The notes under the pieces are model-generated. The model did no database searches. It was not told the origin of the DNA and saw only the letters and a program-made list of their open reading frames with translations. Shown here piece after piece: positions 25,548-29,035 of a stretch of 29,035 nucleotides of DNA (position 1 is the first letter of the stretch; the number at the start of each line of letters is the position of its first letter). The stretch comes from a virus (taxonomy: Duplodnaviria; Heunggongvirae; Uroviricota; Caudoviricetes). The position numbers were made by a program, and so were the translations under genes. The DNA is taken from the IMG/VR virus record IMGVR_UViG_2850778813_000007; one strand, written 5' to 3'.

Positions 25548-25631
25548 GCTGGCCTGATGCAATCGTAACTCTGGGGGTGGTATTCGCAGCAGCGTTTGTT
25601 GTGTTCTCGATTTGTCGATGGGGATAACCAC

Positions 25632-25874
25632 ATGTTCGCTTTGATTCAACGCGGTCAGATATACACGGACAGAGCTGGATACCCCGTGGTGATTACTCGC
25701 ATCACTGAGCACTCAGTGTTCTTTCGACGGATGGACGGACGATCCGGGCGGGTACGCATTGGTGAGTTAAACTGCCTGTTCGAACATATTGACCACCAGG
25801 AGTACCGCAAAATTCTCGCGGACACTGAGCAGGAAAAGCACCTGAAAAAATTACGAGCCATAAAAAGGAAGTAA
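25632..25874 (+). CDS. Hypothetical 80-aa protein (DUF4222-like by recollection)
   Basis: ORF track 25596..25874; internal ATG at 25632 preceded by GGGGA; product MFALIQRGQIYTDRAGYPVVITRITEHSVFFRRMDGRSGRVRIGELNCLFEHIDHQEYRKI. Confidence 0.45.
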   Translation: MFALIQRGQIYTDRAGYPVVITRITEHSVFFRRMDGRSGRVRIGELNCLFEHIDHQEYRKILADTEQEKHLKKLRAIKRK

Positions 25875-25948
25875 AGAATGAATAAAGCATTTGGGTGATG
25901 CTGCCAACTTACTGATTTAGTGTATGATGGTGTTTTTGAGGTGCTCCA

Positions 25949-26224
25949 GTGGCTTCTGTTTCTATCAGCTGTCCCTCCTGTTCAGCTACTGACGGGGTGG
26001 TGCGTAACGGCAAAAGCACTGCCGGACATCAGCGCTATCTCTGCTCTCACTGCCGTAAAACATGGCAACTGCAGTTCACTTACACCGCTTCTCAACCCGG
26101 TACGCACCAGAAAATTATTGATATGGCCATGAATGGCGTTGGATGCCGGGCAACTGCACGCATTATGGGCGTTAGCCTCAACACGATTTTACGTCACTTA
26201 AAAAACTCAGGCCGCAGTCGGTAA
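25949..26224 (+). CDS. insA: IS1 InsA
   Basis: 91-aa product [43 protein letters not shown]... matches IS1 InsA. Confidence 0.9.
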   Translation: MASVSISCPSCSATDGVVRNGKSTAGHQRYLCSHCRKTWQLQFTYTASQPGTHQKIIDMAMNGVGCRATARIMGVSLNTILRHLKNSGRSR

Positions 26225-26268
26225 CCTCGCGCATACAGCCGGGCAGTGACGTCATCGTCTGCGCGGAA

Positions 26269-26646
26269 ATGGACGAACAGTGGGGATACGTCGGGGCTAA
26301 ATCGCGCCAGCGCTGGCTGTTTTACGCGTATGACAGGCTCCGGAAGACGGTTGTTGCGCACGTATTCGGTGAACGCACTATGGCGACGCTGGGGCGTCTT
26401 ATGAGCTTGCTGTCACCCTTTGACGTGGTGATATGGATGACGGATGGCTGGCCACTGTATGAATCCCGCCTGAAGGGAAAGCTGCACGTAATCAGCAAGC
26501 GATATACGCAGCGAATTGAGCGGCATAACCTGAATCTGAGGCAGCACCTGGCACGGCTGGGACGGAAGTCTCTGTCGTTCTCAAAATCGGTGGAGCTGCA
26601 TGACAAAGTCATCGGGCATTATCTGAACATAAAACACTATCAATAA
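26269..26646 (+). CDS. insB: IS1 InsB' (ATG-initiated part of the insB frame; expressed as InsAB' by -1 frameshift)
   Basis: ORF track; product matches the IS1 InsB C-terminal region; A6C slippery motif near 26200. Confidence 0.85.
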   Translation: MDEQWGYVGAKSRQRWLFYAYDRLRKTVVAHVFGERTMATLGRLMSLLSPFDVVIWMTDGWPLYESRLKGKLHVISKRYTQRIERHNLNLRQHLARLGRKSLSFSKSVELHDKVIGHYLNIKHYQ

Positions 26647-26661
26647 GTTGGAGTCATTACC

Positions 26662-27187
26662 CCGTAGGAATTATACAAAACTTGGCGAATTCACTCCACC
26701 AAAAACCGATGCTGGCACCGGAAGGACAATTCATCTGGTTCAACCAGCTATTGATGCTCTTAAAAGTCAGGCGGAAATGACCATGCTTGGAAAGCAACAT
26801 TCTGTAGAGGTAAAGCAGAGGGAATATGGGAGAAGTACTGTGCATAAATGCACTTTTGTTTTTAGTCCTCAGGTAATAAAACAGCGGCAGTTTTCCGGAC
26901 CGCACTATAAGGTTGACTCCATCAGGGAGTCATGGACAAGTATCTTAAAACGCGCAGGTCTGAGACACAGAAAATCGTACCAATCCAGGCATACTTATGC
27001 ATGCTGGTCACTTGCCGCTGGAGCTAATCCTAGTTTTATCGCAAGCCAGATGGGCCACACAAACGCACAAATGGTATTCAATGTTTACGGAGCATGGATG
27101 AAAGACAACAATCACGAACAGATAGAACTCCTTAACAAAAGACTATCTGAAAGTGTCCCATGTATGCCCCATAAGAAAGTGGGGTAA
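26662..27187 (+). pseudogene. Tyrosine integrase, C-terminal catalytic fragment truncated by IS1
   Basis: ORF 26648..27187 begins inside the IS1 terminus; remaining sequence carries catalytic-domain motifs (..RHTYACWSLAAGANPSFIASQMGHTNAQMVFNVYGAWM); only about 170 aa remain. Confidence 0.7.
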
Positions 27188-27225
27188 AATAAAAACTTGT
27201 AAAATCAGTTAGTTTACCCTTAATC

Positions 27226-27801
27226 CCTGTCACGTTACGCGCGTGGCAGAGGCGTTACGGATTGCTGAAACCGCAACGGACAGACGGCGGTCATCGGCTG
27301 TTCAACGATGCCGATATTGACCGGATCCGCGAGATCAAACGCTGGATCGACAACGGCGTGCAGGTCAGCAAAGTTAAAATGCTGCTCAGTAATGAAAATG
27401 TTGATGTGCAGAACGGCTGGCGCGATCAGCAAGAAACATTACTGACTTACTTGCAAAGCGGCAATCTGCATAGCCTGCGAACGTGGATCAAAGAGCGCGG
27501 TCAGGATTACCCCGCCCAGACGCTCACCACGCATTTGTTTATTCCTCTGCGTCGACGGCTTCAGTGCCAACAACCGACTCTCCAGGCGCTGCTGGCGATC
27601 CTCGACGGCGTACTGATCAACTACATCGCCATCTGTCTGGCTTCGGCACGTAAAAAACAGGGTAAAGATGCGCTGGTGGTTGGCTGGAATATTCACGATA
27701 CCACCCGTCTGTGGCTGGAGGGCTGGATTGCCAGTCAACAAGGATGGCGCATTGATGTCCTCGCCCACTCGCTCAATGTAAGGCAGTATGACTTTCCGTG
27801 A
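27226..27801 (+). pseudogene. mlrA: mlrA (yehV) 3' portion, separated from its 5' end by the prophage
   Basis: In-frame translation from about 27226 reads ..PVTLRAWQRRYGLLKPQRTDGGHRLFNDADIDRIREIKRWIDNGVQVSKVKMLLSNENV..., matching MlrA from about residue 17; upstream sequence is phage (int). The last 7 residues differ from the MlrA C-terminus as I recall it. Confidence 0.65.
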
Positions 27802-27907
27802 GACAGATGCTGGCCAACGTGGGATATTTAACGCGGGTTAACATCGTTGTCAGAGCCGCATGGGTGAGCTGTTGCTACACCCCGGTATTTCCACCACGGA
27901 GGCCAGC

Positions 27908-29035
27908 ATGAACAACAATAACACATTGTACGTCGGGTTAGATGTTCACAAAGAATCGATTACTGTCGCTTATGCTATCAATTCAGAACCTGTTGAACTG
28001 ATGGGTAAAATTGGCACATCACCTACTGATATTCAGAATCTTTGTAAACGTCTCAGGTCAAAGTCATCGCAGGTCAGTATCGTTTATGAAGCGGGGCCCT
28101 GTGGTTATGGACTTTATCGTCGGCTGGTGAAATCCGGTTTTGACTGCATGGTCTGCGCCCCCTCACTTATCCCGAAAAAACCGGGGGAGCGGGTTAAAAC
28201 CGATCGCCGTGATGCCATCAGACTTGTGCGTTCACTGCGTGCAGGAGATCTTTCTGCTGTCTACGTACCCGGCATTGAAGATGAGGCATTCCGGGATTTG
28301 GCCCGGGCATGGGCATCTGCCCGCGATGATTTACGGCATGCAAGGCAACGTCTGAAATCGTTTCTTCTGGTTCATGGGGTCCATTATGTCGGGCGAGCAG
28401 ATTGGGGCCCTGCACACCGACGCTGGCTCAGCAAATACTCATTCGAAAGTCCCTGGCGACAATTAGCTTTTGACGAACACCGTCGTACAATAGAAGACCG
28501 GCAGGCACAATGTGAACGGCTGGAATCCGCCCTGAAGGAGGCCGTTACCGAATGGAGGCTGTATCCGGTAGTAGAGGCGCTGCAAGCCATGCGAGGGATT
28601 CAGTTTATTACTGCGGTTGGATTAATTTCTGAACTGGGTGATCTGACCCGTTTTGAACATCCACGACAACTGATGTCATGGTTTGGTATCACGCCATCAG
28701 AATATTCATCGGGTGGAAGCAGACATCAGGGCAGCATTACCAAAGCCGGAAACAGCTATGCCAGAAAGCTATTGGTCGAGGCAGCGTGGAGTTACCGTCA
28801 TCCGGCACGCATCAGTCCGGCAATACAAAAAAGGCAGGAAAATTTACCCCGCCCCGTCATTGACAGAGCATGGGATGCTCAACTCAGGCTTTGTAAGAGG
28901 TATCGAAAACTTCAGGCCAAAGGAAAGAATGTCAATATTACAATTGTTGCTGTTGCACGTGAGCTGGCGGGTTTTATCTGGGATATGGGCCGAATAGCAA
29001 TGTCTGTCGCACAACAACCACAATGTCACAAATAA
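27908..29035 (+). CDS. IS110-family transposase
   Basis: ORF track 27860..29035; ATG at 27908 preceded by GGAGG with 5-nt spacer; N-terminal LYVGLDVHKESITVAY motif typical of IS110-family transposases; stop codon is the last triplet of the window. Confidence 0.75.
   Translation: MNNNNTLYVGLDVHKESITVAYAINSEPVELMGKIGTSPTDIQNLCKRLRSKSSQVSIVYEAGPCGYGLYRRLVKSGFDCMVCAPSLIPKKPGERVKTDRRDAIRLVRSLRAGDLSAVYVPGIEDEAFRDLARAWASARDDLRHARQRLKSFLLVHGVHYVGRADWGPAHRRWLSKYSFESPWRQLAFDEHRRTIEDRQAQCERLESALKEAVTEWRLYPVVEALQAMRGIQFITAVGLISELGDLTRFEHPRQLMSWFGITPSEYSSGGSRHQGSITKAGNSYARKLLVEAAWSYRHPARISPAIQKRQENLPRPVIDRAWDAQLRLCKRYRKLQAKGKNVNITIVAVARELAGFIWDMGRIAMSVAQQPQCHK

Larger units (their letters stand above)
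25894..26661 (+). mobile_element. IS1 insertion sequence (768 bp), no target-site duplication
   Basis: Ends GGTGATGCTGCCAACTTACTGATTTAGTG... and ...CAATAAGTTGGAGTCATTACC; flanking 9-mers AAGCATTTG and CCGTAGGAA differ. Confidence 0.9.

Overview
The window reads as the Q-to-int half of a degraded lambdoid prophage of the Shiga-toxin-phage type, integrated in the chromosomal mlrA (yehV) gene of an E. coli-like host. All calls are from manual reading of the sequence and the ORF track; no database search or folding program was run. Minus strand, high to low coordinate: diverged Cro-like and Rha-type regulators, replication module (O-like, DnaC-like loader, DnaB-like helicase split by a frameshift), an HNH-like protein interrupted by an in-frame TGA, RusA, Q-like antiterminator, terminators, DNA methyltransferase, tRNA array ileZ-argN-argO, a locus where stxAB would normally sit, nanS-p esterase, then holin / endolysin / Rz-Rz1 lysis cassette and a TonB-C-like lipoprotein. 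Plus strand: cI repressor, an accessory region, early-left small genes interrupted by IS2 and an IS911-like element, IS1 truncating the integrase, the mlrA remnant and an IS110-family transposase. The most interesting item is the stx-equivalent locus: no toxin genes, but a visibly AT-rich insert with one Cys-rich 112-codon ORF on the opposite strand. Other candidates for undescribed function are the cI-proximal accessory ORFs, a small membrane peptide coupled to Rz, and an acidic-tail protein pair in the early-left operon.
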